Positions 10,636-23,498 of a DNA stretch of 64,000 nucleotides are shown one piece after another. Every line of letters starts with the position of its first letter. The first letter of the stretch is position 1. The stretch spans positions 41,106,001 through 41,170,000 of the forward strand of contig OX597834.1 in NCBI GenBank assembly GCA_951406725.2, in the 5' to 3' direction. The position numbers and the translations under genes were made by a program. The notes below the pieces were generated by a model. That model made no database searches. It worked only from the letters and a program-made list of their open reading frames with translations, and had not been told where the DNA came from. The DNA comes from Octopus vulgaris. Taxonomy: Eukaryota.

Positions 10636-12330
10636 ATGGAATATGAATTATGTGAGAATCGTGTTAAATTTAAGGAACAGTCTACACAAATTAATTCTCC
10701 TGATAAGATGTTGAAAAAGATAGGGAAAACCTACCACTGTGATATCTGTAAAAAGTCATTCTCTCATAAAGGTAACTTAACTACTCACAAACGCATTCAT
10801 ACTCAAGAGAAACTGTATCACTGTGATATCTGTGGTAATTCTTTCTCTCAAAGAAGTACCTTAACTAACCACAAACGTATTCATACAGGAGAGAAGCCAT
10901 ACCAGTGTGATATCTGTGATATTTCATTCTCTCATAGAAGTAATTTAGCCATACACAACAAACATATTCACAAGGGAGAGAAACTATATCATTGTGATAT
11001 CTGTGGTAAGGCCTTCTCTCGAGCAACTGAGTTAACCGTTCACAAACGTATTCATACAGGAGAAAAACCATATCAGTGTGATATCTGTGGTAAATCATTC
11101 TCTGCAGGGGGTAACTTAACCAGACATCGGCATATTCATAGAGGAGAGAAGCCATATCACTGTGATATCTGTGGTAAATTATTCTCTGAACAAAGTACAT
11201 TAACTATGCATAAGAGACATATTCATACAGGAGAGAGTCCATTTTGCTGTGATATCTGTGGTAAATCATTCTCGGCAAAAAATGTCTTAACTACTCATAA
11301 GCGTATTCATACAGGCGAGAAGCCATATTGCTGTGATATCTGTGGTAAATCATTTGCTGTAACAGGTCAGTTAACTGCTCACAAATATACTCATACAGGA
11401 GAGAAACCTTATGACTGTGATATCTGTGGTAAATCATTCTCTGCAAGATGTAATTTAAATACTCACAAACGCATTCATACAGGAGAGAAGCCGTATCACT
11501 GTGATATCTGTGGTAAATCCTTCTCTGGAAATTGTGTTTTAACTAAACACAAACGTATTCATACAGGAGAGAAACCATATCACTGTGATATATGCAGTAA
11601 ATCATTCTCCCAAAGATATACCTTAACGAGCCACATGCAAATTCACACAGGTGAGAAACCATATCAATGTGACACCTGTGGTAAATCATTTTCTCGTGGA
11701 AGCACCTTGACTACGCACAACAGACATATTCATAAAGGAGAGAAACCATATCATTGTGATATTTGTAGTAAGTCTTTCTGTCAGAAAACTGAGTTAACTA
11801 CTCATAAACGTATTCATACAGGAGAAAAACCATATCACTGTGATATCTGTGGTATATCCTTCTCTACAAGGAGTAACTTAACTAGACACAGATCTATTCA
11901 TACAGGAGAGAAGCCATATCACTGTGATATCTGTGGTAAATCATTCTCTGAACGAGGTACTTTGACTAAACACAACAGACATGTCCATACAGGAGATAAT
12001 ACATACCTGTGTGATACCTGTGGTAAATCATTCCCTGCAAGAAGTAACTTGACTACTCATCAACGCATTCATACAGGTGAGAAGCCATACCACTGCGATA
12101 TCTGTGGTAAATTATTCTCTGTAATAGGCAACTTAACTGCTCACAAATATATTCATACAGGGGAGAAGCCCTATCAGTGTGATATCTGTGGTAAATCATT
12201 CTCTGCGAGATGTAACTTAAATACTCACAAACGCATTCATACAGGAGAGAAGCCATACCACTGTGACATCTGTGCTAAATCATTCACTGGGAGCGGTGAC
12301 TTAACTAAACACAAACGCATTCATTCATGA
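10636..12330 (+). CDS. C2H2 zinc-finger protein B, 19 tandem fingers, 564 aa, paralog of ZNF A
   Basis: Open ORF with 19 fingers (four with H-x4-H spacing); N-terminus MEYELCEN...LKKIGKT resembles ZNF A (MENEFCDN...LQKIGKT); homologous acceptor at 10312-10313; AATAAA at 13047-13052. Confidence 0.95.
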   Translation: MEYELCENRVKFKEQSTQINSPDKMLKKIGKTYHCDICKKSFSHKGNLTTHKRIHTQEKLYHCDICGNSFSQRSTLTNHKRIHTGEKPYQCDICDISFSHRSNLAIHNKHIHKGEKLYHCDICGKAFSRATELTVHKRIHTGEKPYQCDICGKSFSAGGNLTRHRHIHRGEKPYHCDICGKLFSEQSTLTMHKRHIHTGESPFCCDICGKSFSAKNVLTTHKRIHTGEKPYCCDICGKSFAVTGQLTAHKYTHTGEKPYDCDICGKSFSARCNLNTHKRIHTGEKPYHCDICGKSFSGNCVLTKHKRIHTGEKPYHCDICSKSFSQRYTLTSHMQIHTGEKPYQCDTCGKSFSRGSTLTTHNRHIHKGEKPYHCDICSKSFCQKTELTTHKRIHTGEKPYHCDICGISFSTRSNLTRHRSIHTGEKPYHCDICGKSFSERGTLTKHNRHVHTGDNTYLCDTCGKSFPARSNLTTHQRIHTGEKPYHCDICGKLFSVIGNLTAHKYIHTGEKPYQCDICGKSFSARCNLNTHKRIHTGEKPYHCDICAKSFTGSGDLTKHKRIHS

Positions 12331-12350
12331 GGTGCACTATACTACTGCAA

Positions 12351-12718
12351 TCATCATCATCGTTTATCGTCAGTTTTCCATGCTAGCATGGGTTGGACAG
12401 TTCGACCAGGGATCTGGGAAGCCAGAAGGCTGCGCCAGGCTCTAGTCTGATCTGGCAATGTTTCTACAGCTGGATGCCCTTCCTAACGCCAACCACTCCG
12501 TGAGTGTAGTGGGTGCTTTTTACGTGCCACCTGCACAGGTGCCAGGCGAGGCGGGCAATGGCCACGATCGGATTGGTGCATTTTACGTGCCACCGGCACT
12601 GGCATCGGCCACGATTCGGATGGTGCTTTTTACGTGCCACCGGCACGGAAGCCAGTCGAGGCGGCACTGGCATCGGCCACGTTTCGGATGGTGCTTTTTA
12701 CGTGCCACCGGCATGGAA
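12351..12718 (-). mobile_element. RTE 3'UTR fragment in the ZNF B 3'UTR
   Basis: Reverse complement of the RTE tail with internal ~58-bp repeats. Confidence 0.85.
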
Positions 12719-13401
12719 GTAAATCATTTTCTAAAAATGTCATGTAACTACATTATTTTATTCATACAGAAGGATGGTATTAATTTCAACTCAGTCTATG
12801 ATAAAGAAAATATCTCTTAAAACCATAAATATATTCACTCAGGAAACAAGATATAACAGTATAACAACTTCCGTGTACCATATTTCATCCAACCACATCT
12901 TTATCTACATTGATGAAATAATTTTCCACTATGTGTGTGTGTGTACATGTGTTTAGATATCTTTGTTTTTACACTGACTCCAGTGGCATAGCATTTATGC
13001 CCCATAAACAAAATACCCAGCAGCTATTCTGTATACAAAGACATGGAATAAAGTACTTTTCTTGAAAAGATAGGTATCTCTCTATGGAACACTGCCTTGA
13101 AAAAATCTCCTCCGACCCATGGTAGCATACAATCACCCCCACTAAAAATGGTGATAATATATATGTATGTGCTTTTCTCGACTTGTCTTCACAAGGACAT
13201 CACTTGGGTGGTAGCGATGTTTTTATCTCACATATCTTCAATTGCTTGGCATCTTATGCACATTCTCATTTAAATTTTATTTAAAGATTATTGCTGTTCG
13301 TATTATCTATATAACTTCATGATTTCATTTATTTATAAGCTGATCACTTCATGTTTACAATGTTCTGCTGAATGTGAATTTTCAAGCATCAATGTAGCTT
13401 T

Positions 13402-13900
13402 CATCATCATCATCGTCGTTTAATGTCTGCTTTCCATGCTAGCATGGGTTGGGCGATTTGACTGAGGACTGGCGAACCAGACTCCAATCTGATCAGGCAG
13501 AGTTTCTACAGCTGGATGCTCTTCCTAACTCCAACCACTCTGAGAGTGTAGTGGGTGCTTTTACGTGCCACCGGCACACGGGTCAGTTAAGCGGTACTGG
13601 CAATGGCCACGCTGAAATGGTGTTTTTACGTGACACCTGCACAGGAGCCAGTCCAGCGGCACTGGCAACAACTTCCACGCGCCACTGGCACAAGTGCCAA
13701 TAGGGCGACGCTGGTAACGATCACACTTGGATGGTGCTCTTAGCACTCCACTAGCACGGAAACCAGTCATCGAATTTGATTTCGATTTCACTTGCCTCAA
13801 CAGGTCTTCGGAAGCAGAGTTTAGTGTCCAATGAAGGAAAGGTACGCATAAGTGGGCTGGTTTCACCCCTGGCATAGGCCACAGGTTATGGTCTCACTTG
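13402..13900 (-). mobile_element. RTE 3'UTR fragment
   Basis: RTE tail in reverse complement, extending to near the ORF end. Confidence 0.8.
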
Positions 13901-14274
13901 GCTTTCCAATGCAAAGGAGATGTTTGTGAATTGTCTTCTATGTTTTAAAGTCTGTTCTCCATGCTGGTTTCTGTTGACATGTCTTTTATACATATTTAAT
14001 CAATCTTTTGTCATTTCAACTGTAAAAACCAGAATTCTGTGTTTCTGGCCTCATCATTTTTTGTTAATATTTTTAATAACCTGGAATCTAAATAAAGCTG
14101 ATTTGTTCTTCAATTATTGTCCTTGTTATTTTATGTACAACATCTAAGCAAGACTTACACTAACCTAATCATAAACTATAGAATCCACAACTTTGATCAA
14201 TGTTTAGCAAAAGTTGTATATTTCTCCAAATTGATCTTCACTAACATTTCTATATTATTTCATTCAAAATATAA

Positions 14275-14571
14275 AAATAATAATAATAATGAAATTATTG
14301 TATACAGTGCTCAGGTGCACCACAACTTGTCAGAAAGTGCATATAAAGTACATGCAGTAATGTAGAAATGTCTGGAAAGTGAACATGCTTGTGTGTGTAT
14401 GGAGGGGAGAAAATCAGGTGTAGTGTTGGCGAATCTCAGGAAGCATGGAAGTTTTGAAGGATGCAGTGCTCCGACAACTAACAACTGATGCCGGCAGTTT
14501 GTTCCACGCTTCAGCAACTCTCAGCGTGAAAAAATGTTTCCTGAAGTCATGGGAGCTGTGCTGTTTTCTTA
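14275..14571 (-). mobile_element. CR1-like LINE 3' end; related copies at about 34141-34352(+) and 34580-34712(+)
   Basis: Minus-strand RKHFFTLRVAEAWNKLPASVV....SFK motif and (TAT)n tail. Confidence 0.75.
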
Positions 14572-14929
14572 CTTGAAAGGTATATGAAAGGTATCATGAG
14601 AGATAAACAATAGGGTAACTTTGTATATTAAATGATAATGCTGATGATTATCGTGTGAATCTCTATATATATATATAAACGGCAAAATGTCTGTCTGTGT
14701 GTGTGTGTGTATCCTTTATACAAATCCACAATTTTTCAGTTAGAGGGCTCACACTTTCTATGGTCATTCAAAATCTGAAGTTGTTGTAGAAGACACTTGC
14801 CCACTGTGCCACGCATTGGGACTGAACCCAGAACCATGTGGTTGGGAAGCGAACTTCTTACCACACAAGGTGTTTGGTTTGGATTATTGCTGTGATTTCT
14901 TTTCTTGAATTGAAAAAAAACAACTCATA

Positions 14930-16700
14930 GTAAAACATTTAATTTATTTTTAGATTTTATTTTATTGATAAATCCTTTTAGTGATTAATATTGATAATAT
15001 CTATTTTTCTTAGAGAAAAAAAATTAAACTTAAGAAATATTTTAAAAATATATAAAAAAAGAAATCAAATAAAAAACAGTTTGGTGGAAGGTAACAGAGT
15101 TTTTTGTGAACCATTTTTTATATGGAGTTCTTTGGGAAAATATTTTTAGGTTTTAACTAAAAAAAAGAAATCTGTTAACAGGAAGAAGTCTTTAAAAAAA
15201 CAAAATTATGATAAAACCTTATTTGAAAATCTAAATTTAGAAATTCTTGTAAGATTAGAAAAAAATAACCCACAGAAAAAAAAAATCATCAAATTTGATA
15301 AAAGAAATGAAATAGCTGCCAGTGAAGGTTCCATAAAGACTGGAATGATTTTTTAAATAACCATTTTTACTAAACTTAAAAATATTTCAGATGTCATTAA
15401 ATTTGGTGAAGCAACTGTTATGAGAAATTCTATGAAAAACAGATGATTTTAAACCAAATTAATTATCTTGAAAATTGTTAAGTGTTACAAAATTTAGTAA
15501 AAACCTTTAAATGCTTGTTGGAAATTCTATAAAGCACAAGATGAGTTTGACCATATCTAAATTTTCCAATTAATTAAGAAAATAAAATGGTTCTGTAAAA
15601 TGACCAAGTTTCATATTTATTATTATACTAATCTGATGTTTGAGACTTTTCTTAGCAAAAGGATCATAAATTAAATTATCATATAAGATTTTCATGTAAA
15701 TATTAAGATTAAAGAGTTTATATTGTAAAGCCGTGAGCAGGTTTCACATAAAAAAGGATTTTAAACCAGTTTTACTAGACTTAAGCATCTTTAAAAATGC
15801 ATTTATAGAATTTGGTGAAAGAATTAACCACATGGAAGATTTTATTGAAATAAATAATTTTTATACTGATTTGGTTTTAATGTCAAAATATTGTCAAAAC
15901 TCCAAAAATTTGAATCATCTCTCAAAGATAAAAATAAAATGTATATTAGCTGCCAATGAAGATTCCATGATGAAGGATTTTTAAAATCAAATTTTGAAGT
16001 AAAAGAAAGATTGTTGTCTTGAAAGTCTTCCAATGTGGGTTTTTTTAATATATTTTAGCCAAATGAAAAAGGATTGGTGTTAGTATCTCAAAAATCAAGA
16101 ATTTCTCAGAATTATGTAAATTTGTTACAGCCAAATCTCCTATAGTCCTTAAAAATTTATTTGGGCCATATAAAAGAAAAAGAAATTTTTTTTCATTTAT
16201 TTGGAAGGAACCCTAATAAAAACCAGGGTCTGAGAAAACTAGGGGTGGTCATTCTGGCAGAAATTACTTTTCAGGGAAGTTTATAAATTTTGACAAAAAG
16301 TTATACAAATTTTATGAACATCACTAAAAGAACAGCTGTTATGGAAGATTCCAGAAAAAAATGTTAAGGATCTTTAAATAAATTTGATAATAATGTTGGC
16401 TGAATAACATTGTTAACCATATATTTAGGAGGAGAAGGGAGTACAGTTGATGAAATCAGCCTTAGCGCTTGACTGGTGCCTTAATTTTATTAATTCCGGG
16501 AGGATGAAGTTGGAAAGTCTATCTTGGAAGAGTTTTATCAGAGAGACAAAATACATCGTATAATAGAATTTTATCAGATATTACTATTAAGAAATAATAA
16601 AATACCACAAATATCTCACACGTTTGCTAAAGTAAAATTATAAAATAAAAGGATAGCTGCCATGGAAGTTTCCAGGAAAATCGTGGTCTTAAAAGCAATT
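14930..16700. repeat. Very AT-rich degenerate array with recurring motif approximately TAGCTGCCATGGAAGATTCCA
   Basis: Motif variants near 15312, 15412, 15512, 15824, 15946, 16333 and 16653. Confidence 0.5.
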
Positions 16701-17398
16701 CATATCGACTGCTTCCGAATGCTTTGTGCCACATCAACTGCAACAATAAAACAAGAGAAATTATAATCAGAGAGAATGGTTAGCAAAAGCATGAAAATTA
16801 GAGTAAACTTTACATATTTTGTTGTGTCTAGGGAGGGGCATTACGCTAATATTAATAGCACACTCACACAGGTTCAATTCCACTTCTTTATTATTAGTTA
16901 TTTGGTTAAATTGAGAGAAATCGCTGAAAAGGTTGCAAATGGCAATGAAAGAAATTTGTTAAAAAAAAACGAAACAACAGAGAAACAAACAAGCAACTGA
17001 TTGTTTAACCAACAAATTAAACAAATGACTAATTCGTTGGAAAGATTATTTAACCAATTGACATAATCAATTAAGGAGAAGAATTGAAGCAGTGTGTGTG
17101 TTATTAACATTGGTGTAAAGACACTCCCAAGACCAACAAAACCTTGCAAACCAAATACAAAATTGAAGTATTTTCTTTTATTCTTTTACTTGACTGCGGC
17201 CATGCTGGAGCACCGACTTTAGTCGAGCAAATCGACCCCAGGACTTATTCTTTGTAAGCCTTGCTAGCTTCTATCAAACCATCCAACCCATGCCAGTATG
17301 AAAAACGGACATTAAAAGATGATATGAAGATCACACACACACATGCACACATACACATGCACACACATACACACGCACACACACACGCACACACACAC

Positions 17399-17443
<45 letters not shown>

Positions 17444-17542
17444 CAAATGGCAAGCATCTTTTAGTCTCCTTCTACCAAGGTACAATGTAATGCCTGATTA
17501 ATTCAAAACAAGGGGGAATAAACAAACATTACGTTTGAGAGA

Positions 17543-17887
17543 GTGAAGGTGCATGGCGCAGTGGTTAGAGCGGTGAGCTTATGATCATGAGGTTGTGAGT
17601 TCGAATCCCGGACCGGGCTGCGTGTTGTGTCCTTGAGCAAGACACTTTATTTCACGTTGCTCCAGTTCACTCAGCTGTAGAAATGAGTAGCGATGTCACA
17701 GGTGACAAGTTGTATCGGCCCCTTTGCCTTTCCCTTGGATAACACTGGTGGCATGGAGAGGGGAGATTGGTATGCATGGGCGACTGCTGGTCTTCCATAA
17801 ATAACCTTGCCTGGACTTGTACCTGGGAGGGTAACTTGTTAGGTGCAATCCCACAGTCAGTCATGACCGAAGGGGGTCTCAATAAAA
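17543..17887 (+). mobile_element. tRNA-derived CORE-type SINE family C with 12-bp TSD; other copies at 29412-29752(+), 33081-33260(+), 23540-23665(-)
   Basis: tRNA-like head TGGCGCAGTGG...GTTCGAATCC; CORE-like CCTTGAGCAAGACACTT; TSD ACGTTTGAGAGA at 17531-17542 and 17888-17899. Confidence 0.88.
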
Positions 17888-18020
17888 ACGTTTGAGAGAA
17901 TAGTGTGAATGCTAACTGGTTAAGAAATTAGTATTTTATTTCTCTCATTGACTGAAGTATTAAAAACAGAACTAGGCTAAAAACAACACGAAGAAACATG
18001 ATTACTTACTGGTTGAATTC

Positions 18021-18149
18021 TTACATCACGGGTTTGAAATTCTTCTTGATTGGCTGCCAACACCTGAAGTATTCATTGTCCACCTTATGACAAGTGTCAT
18101 TACCCCATTTGGTTAGTGCCAAACTCAGGGAACTTTCAAACATAAATGC
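18021..18149 (-). CDS. HGD: HGD exon 15, last ([10 protein letters not shown]...[15 protein letters not shown])
   Basis: 129 bp including TAA; CAG acceptor. Confidence 0.95.
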   Translation of the reverse strand, partial: AFMFESSLSLALTKWGNDTCHKVDNEYFRCWQPIKKNFKPVM

Positions 18150-18377
18150 CTGTGAACAATATCAGGAACAGAAGGATTAACAACATAGAAAATAATTCAA
18201 TTGAATCAGGAATAATTACAAAACTTATCATACAACAAACAAATTAAATAATTCTATAAATGAGAATATATGTTATCTCTGGATGAACAGCACAGGAAAT
18301 TTGCTTTCAGTGATGGATTTACAAGTTTAATACATGGATAATTTATCTTAATACTGCTTCTATATGTAACAAATATG

Positions 18378-18417
<40 letters not shown>

Positions 18418-18423
18418 CATGAG

Positions 18424-18468
<45 letters not shown>

Positions 18469-18731
18469 CATATATACATATATATGTATATCACTGGTCA
18501 TAGATGCCATGCACAGCCTCTTTTCATCTCACTGAAGCTGTGACAGATCAGACTAATAACTCACCATTGTTCCCTCAGCAATTTTTATTGGCTTCAGATC
18601 CATTGTTGAGCTCTTCTCAAAACATTCAGCATCAGGTCCATGGGGTGTCATCATGCTGTGCAAGGATCCTCCCCCGGGGAGGAAGCCTGACTCCTGTTGA
18701 CAAAACAAAGAGAGTTTATAGATTATATTGC

Positions 18732-18784
<53 letters not shown>

Positions 18785-20241
18785 ATCACGTGACCGACCA
18801 GACCATAAGACGTTGTTACACATCGCGGGTCACAATGCGTTCGCATTGTTTTAGCCTTCGAATGACGCCACCCCGCTGGCTAAGCGAGCAGGCCAATATA
18901 TATATATATATATAGATATAGATAGATATATATATATATATTTATGAGCGAAACACCTAAGCTCCATGCGGCTCCGGCAGAAGGTAATGGCGAACTTCTG
19001 CTGACTCTTTCACCACAACATTCTCTTACTCTTTCCTCCTGCATTTTGCAGCTCACCTGCGATGGCTGGCGTCCCATCCAGGTGGGGAACCTATATGTCA
19101 AGGAAACCAGGAAACCGGCCCTTATGAGCCAGGCGTGGCTTGAGAAGGAACAAACAAAAAGAAAGACAAACATATAATATATATAAATATCATATATATA
19201 TATATATATATAGGGTAGGCCAAAATTCAGCACAATGTAAGTTCAACACACTCTGGTATTGTCAAAGACATGCTCATTTACAACCATCATGTAATGACTA
19301 GACATGGGTACATACACACAAACACACACACACAATACATCTGCCGCTATGTATATATATATATATATATGCACACATCCATACTTGAACCAACAAAGGA
19401 CCATCTGCATAGTTTCTCCATATGATGGCCAGATTCTTGAGCCATAACTTGCTATCTTACAAACAAACAAATTTCACATTATATAATGTAGTCAAGTGTA
19501 TGCTGATCCTGGAAGAAAGATTGGATTGTCATAACTGGAAAGCCTTTGAATTCGGAGGTCTCCTTGAGCAATGGTGATCCAGGTTTAAAACATCACATCC
19601 TCCTATGGTTATTTAATAGATGGTAATTTAATCATTAATTAGACATAAGTTAATGATCATAAATTTTGACTGTAGATGGTCAGTTTGCAACACAGGCAGG
19701 ATACAGGTAGAGGAAAATTGTAAATTAATGCTTACCTTTGCTTCATAAGCCCCTTTAATTAGTCCCATGAATTCTGACATGCAGTTACCTGTAAAATGTA
19801 TATATAAAGAAAGATATAAATATAGATAGACATGTGTGTGTGTGTGTGTGTGTATATCCTTTAATGGTTTCTTTCTTCTATTATTTCATTTGTTTCAGTC
19901 ATTTGACTGCGGCCATGCTGGGGCACCGCCTTTAGTCGAATGAATTGACCCCCCCCCACCAGCACTTATTCTTTGCAAGCCCAGTACTTATTCTATCGAT
20001 CTTATTTGCTGAACTGCTAAGTTATGGGGACGTAAACACACCAGCATCGGTTGTCAAACGATGGTGGGAGGGGGGACAAACACAGACATGCAAACACTCA
20101 CACATACATACATTCATACACACACACATATATATACATATATACATACATATATATATATTTATGTTATTTACATATATCTAATATACATATCTATATA
20201 ATACACATACATAAATACATACGTATATATATATATATATG

Positions 20242-20289
<48 letters not shown>

Positions 20290-23200
20290 ATATATATATA
20301 AACACATATATACATACATACATACTCCTGTGTATATGTACGTGTGTGTGTGCACGTGGAAACGTCAATTGCGTGTGTGCAAATACACAGTGACTTAACA
20401 GTGGAAGGGAGGTAAATCGTGAAACCTGTGAAAATAGTTTCATATTTTCCCCATAAAATTGTTCTAAAAATTATAAAAAAAAATTTGCTTAAATACAGCG
20501 ATTCCTCTTTGTATCATCCGTTCTGCCCTACAGGGCTATGTTCTCACCACCCCAAATTTTTTTTTGAAGCTGAGATGGTTTAGACTCGTTTGTTTTACTA
20601 GAAAACCACCCAATGAATACATTTATTTTAAAGATGCCGTTTTTTTCTTCTTGTGTATAAAATACATCCCTGTCTTATAATAAGAACGTTTTGTGGAAAA
20701 AGCAGATTTCCTATGTTTCATATATCTACATTTATTGAAAGGTATTTTAAAGTCGCTTTACGCAAGAAAATTCAATATTGATTGCAACGTAATATTCTGT
20801 GCCTTTAAACACAACATCAGTTACTTCCCTTGCGCCGTAATTGACGCACCCTTAATTCTCAACATAATTTTCTCTATTTCTCTTTTATTCTCTCTCTTTT
20901 TCTTTTGTACAAATTTGAGTTGACCAGTAATAGGATCGCAGGGTCAGAGTTCATTGCTGTGTACGATTCTGCACGCTGTTTTTCACCCGGAGGATTATAC
21001 TTAGCAAAAATGTGTGTGTGCGTGTGTGTTTAGGTGGAGACGGCAAATTGGGAGAATCGTTAGCACGTCGGACAAAATACTTAGCAGCACTTCTTCTGAC
21101 TTTTTACGTTTTTATTACGAGTTCAAATCCCACCCAGGACAACCTTTGCTTTTCATCCCTTTGGTCTCGATAAAATAAAGTACAAGCCAAATTCTGTGGT
21201 CGATGCCCTCCAATCTCCTCAAAAATTGCTATCCTCGAACCCTGCGACGGTTCGGTGTCCTGTTCAGGAGAAACGCTGTGACCCCAGGATCCCAGTCACC
21301 TATAGGCCATGGGAACCGGGTAACCGACCTTATGAATGCTGAGGCTGGAGAAAAAAGGGGTAAAAAATAATACTGATAAGTCTGTGTACATACGGTGATA
21401 ATACGGTGGTCTGAAAGTGTGTTCTTGAACAGACCAACGTGGAGGAAAGATAACGAAGTCTGCAATGGCCGTTCCTGGTTTTTGAGACTGACATGTCAAT
21501 ACTGTGAAGATTGATGGATCCTGTAACAGAAAAAGGATGGTAAAAATGGTAAGAAAGAAAAACAATAGAATAGCAGATCTTATTTACCATTTACGTTTGT
21601 TCAAGGCAACATGTATATATGAGGTTGGAAAGGAAGGAAGTCTTGTGGCATTCTAAGATGGGAATAAACAGACACTTCTTTGGTCACACAAGATAATATT
21701 TCCCCTCATTTTTTATAACATAGTCCCATCTATTTGGTGAATTGTTGATCCCTTGGGCATAAAATTTTTCAGGTTTCAAAGCAGAGAAGAACTCTGTACC
21801 ATTCTTAACCTCTTCACAATTGATAAACTGTTTCCATTTTATATGATGTTGCAATGATTTGAACATTATATAAATGTTGTGATTTTAGTTTTGATCACAT
21901 GATTTTGACTGTCTTGATTGCTGTTATATGCTTGCAGTGCGATTACACAGAGTTCTGTTCTGTTTGTGTCACGACGTGTTCAGTGTTGGTTTTTAGTTAG
22001 TCGAGAATGCAGCAACTTGCTGCATAAAAATGTTGTTGCATTGAGCTTTGGTTTTGCTTACAATTTTAGCAATCTTTGTTTGTATTGTATTTTGCTGTAT
22101 TTTCAGTCAATTAAAACCTTTTAAATTTTGATATTCTAGTTTGGGTTTATAACAATAATCAAGACCTGGAGATTAAGGAGGATGAAGCAAAATGTCTTTA
22201 TTTGGAACCATAATCTTATGGCAATATGAGGTCTTGCTGTATTGTGAAAGCAAGACTCCTTTATGATTGACCAATGATAGAAACATTTTCTGAAAATATT
22301 TGGGTGAAACTTCCAACTGACAACAATATTTTTTCAAATTGACTTTTTTATTTTGGTTTAATATTTCACGATAGACAACACTTTTCATATCCCACCAAAC
22401 AGAGAGTGTAACTTTTTTTGGCTGTACTCCTGGTTTAGGAATGGGTTCTCCTTTTACATTGGATGCTAATAATTGCTGTTTTCCTTGGATATGATTGTAG
22501 AGAACCTACTTCTCATCGCTTGTGGTGATTCTATCCATGAAAGGTTGTTCTGTGGCAAGACTACCCTTCAATGATGAGCAGATGACAACCTGTTTTTAAT
22601 TAAGCTGAGAAGTAATTAGATGATGAGGGACCCACCGACCAACTTTGGACATTTTTATTTGTTCAACAAAGGAAAACAAAAGGAAGAGAAATAAAGAGAC
22701 TCACAGCATGATCGAATGCGACAGCATTTATAACCATGAAGTTGCTGAGGTTGTACTTGTACGGTGCATAGTTACCATGCCAAGCCACCACATCAAATAC
22801 GGAATGGTCCTGGAAGCAGAAATACAACAGAGCATTCAAAAGTGGTGGGAAGTCTTTATAAGTTTATAATTCAGAGCAGATATAACAGGGTGAGGCATTA
22901 TTTCATAAGACAGAGCAGACATGACCATGGATATATTTTATGATAGAGTAGATATACTTTCTACTAAAGGCACAAGGCCTGGAATTTTGAGGGAGGGGGC
23001 GAGTCGATCACATAGACCCTCAGTACTTGACTGGTACTTAATTTATCAACCCCGAAAGGATGAAAGGCAAAGTTGACCTCGGCAGAATTTGAACTCAGAT
23101 TCAGCCAGCTTGCTGCCTTATCATAGAGTAGATATAGTAGAGGAAAAGAGGTTATTTCATAAGGCAGAGCAGGTACAACTGAAGGGTTTAATATTCCTTT

Positions 23201-23459
23201 CTACTATAGGCACAAAGCCTTAAATTTGACAGAAGGGCAGTCAATCACACTGATGCTAGTTTTTGACTAGTTCTTGTTTTGGTACTTTTGGGTTTGCCAT
23301 TAAAAAACTGAGTTTATGTGGTGACAAGAGATAGAATTAAAAAAGTTAAATCCTTTTGGTTCAATACTTCCAACATATTATTAATGTTTGGGAGAGAGAG
23401 GGTGGGAGAAGAGAGGGAGGTAAGATAGAAAGATGAAAGAGAGCAGAGGGAGAGAGAGT

Positions 23460-23498
<39 letters not shown>

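Noticed and set aside
1467-12256. Minus-strand ORFs with [16 protein letters not shown] repeats (1467-1697, 2007-2210, 10865-11200, 12053-12256)
   Set aside because: Antisense shadow frames of the 84-bp zinc-finger repeats.
15733-15984. 83-aa ORF as a bacterial or viral insert
   Set aside because: Short, GTG-started, inside a degenerate AT-rich array with stops in neighbouring units, and no recognisable domain.
17543-17615. tRNA gene (also 29412-29485, 53010-53083, 9373-9445)
   Set aside because: tRNA-like SINE heads that run into SINE bodies, lack a proper acceptor stem and, at 17543, are bounded by a TSD.
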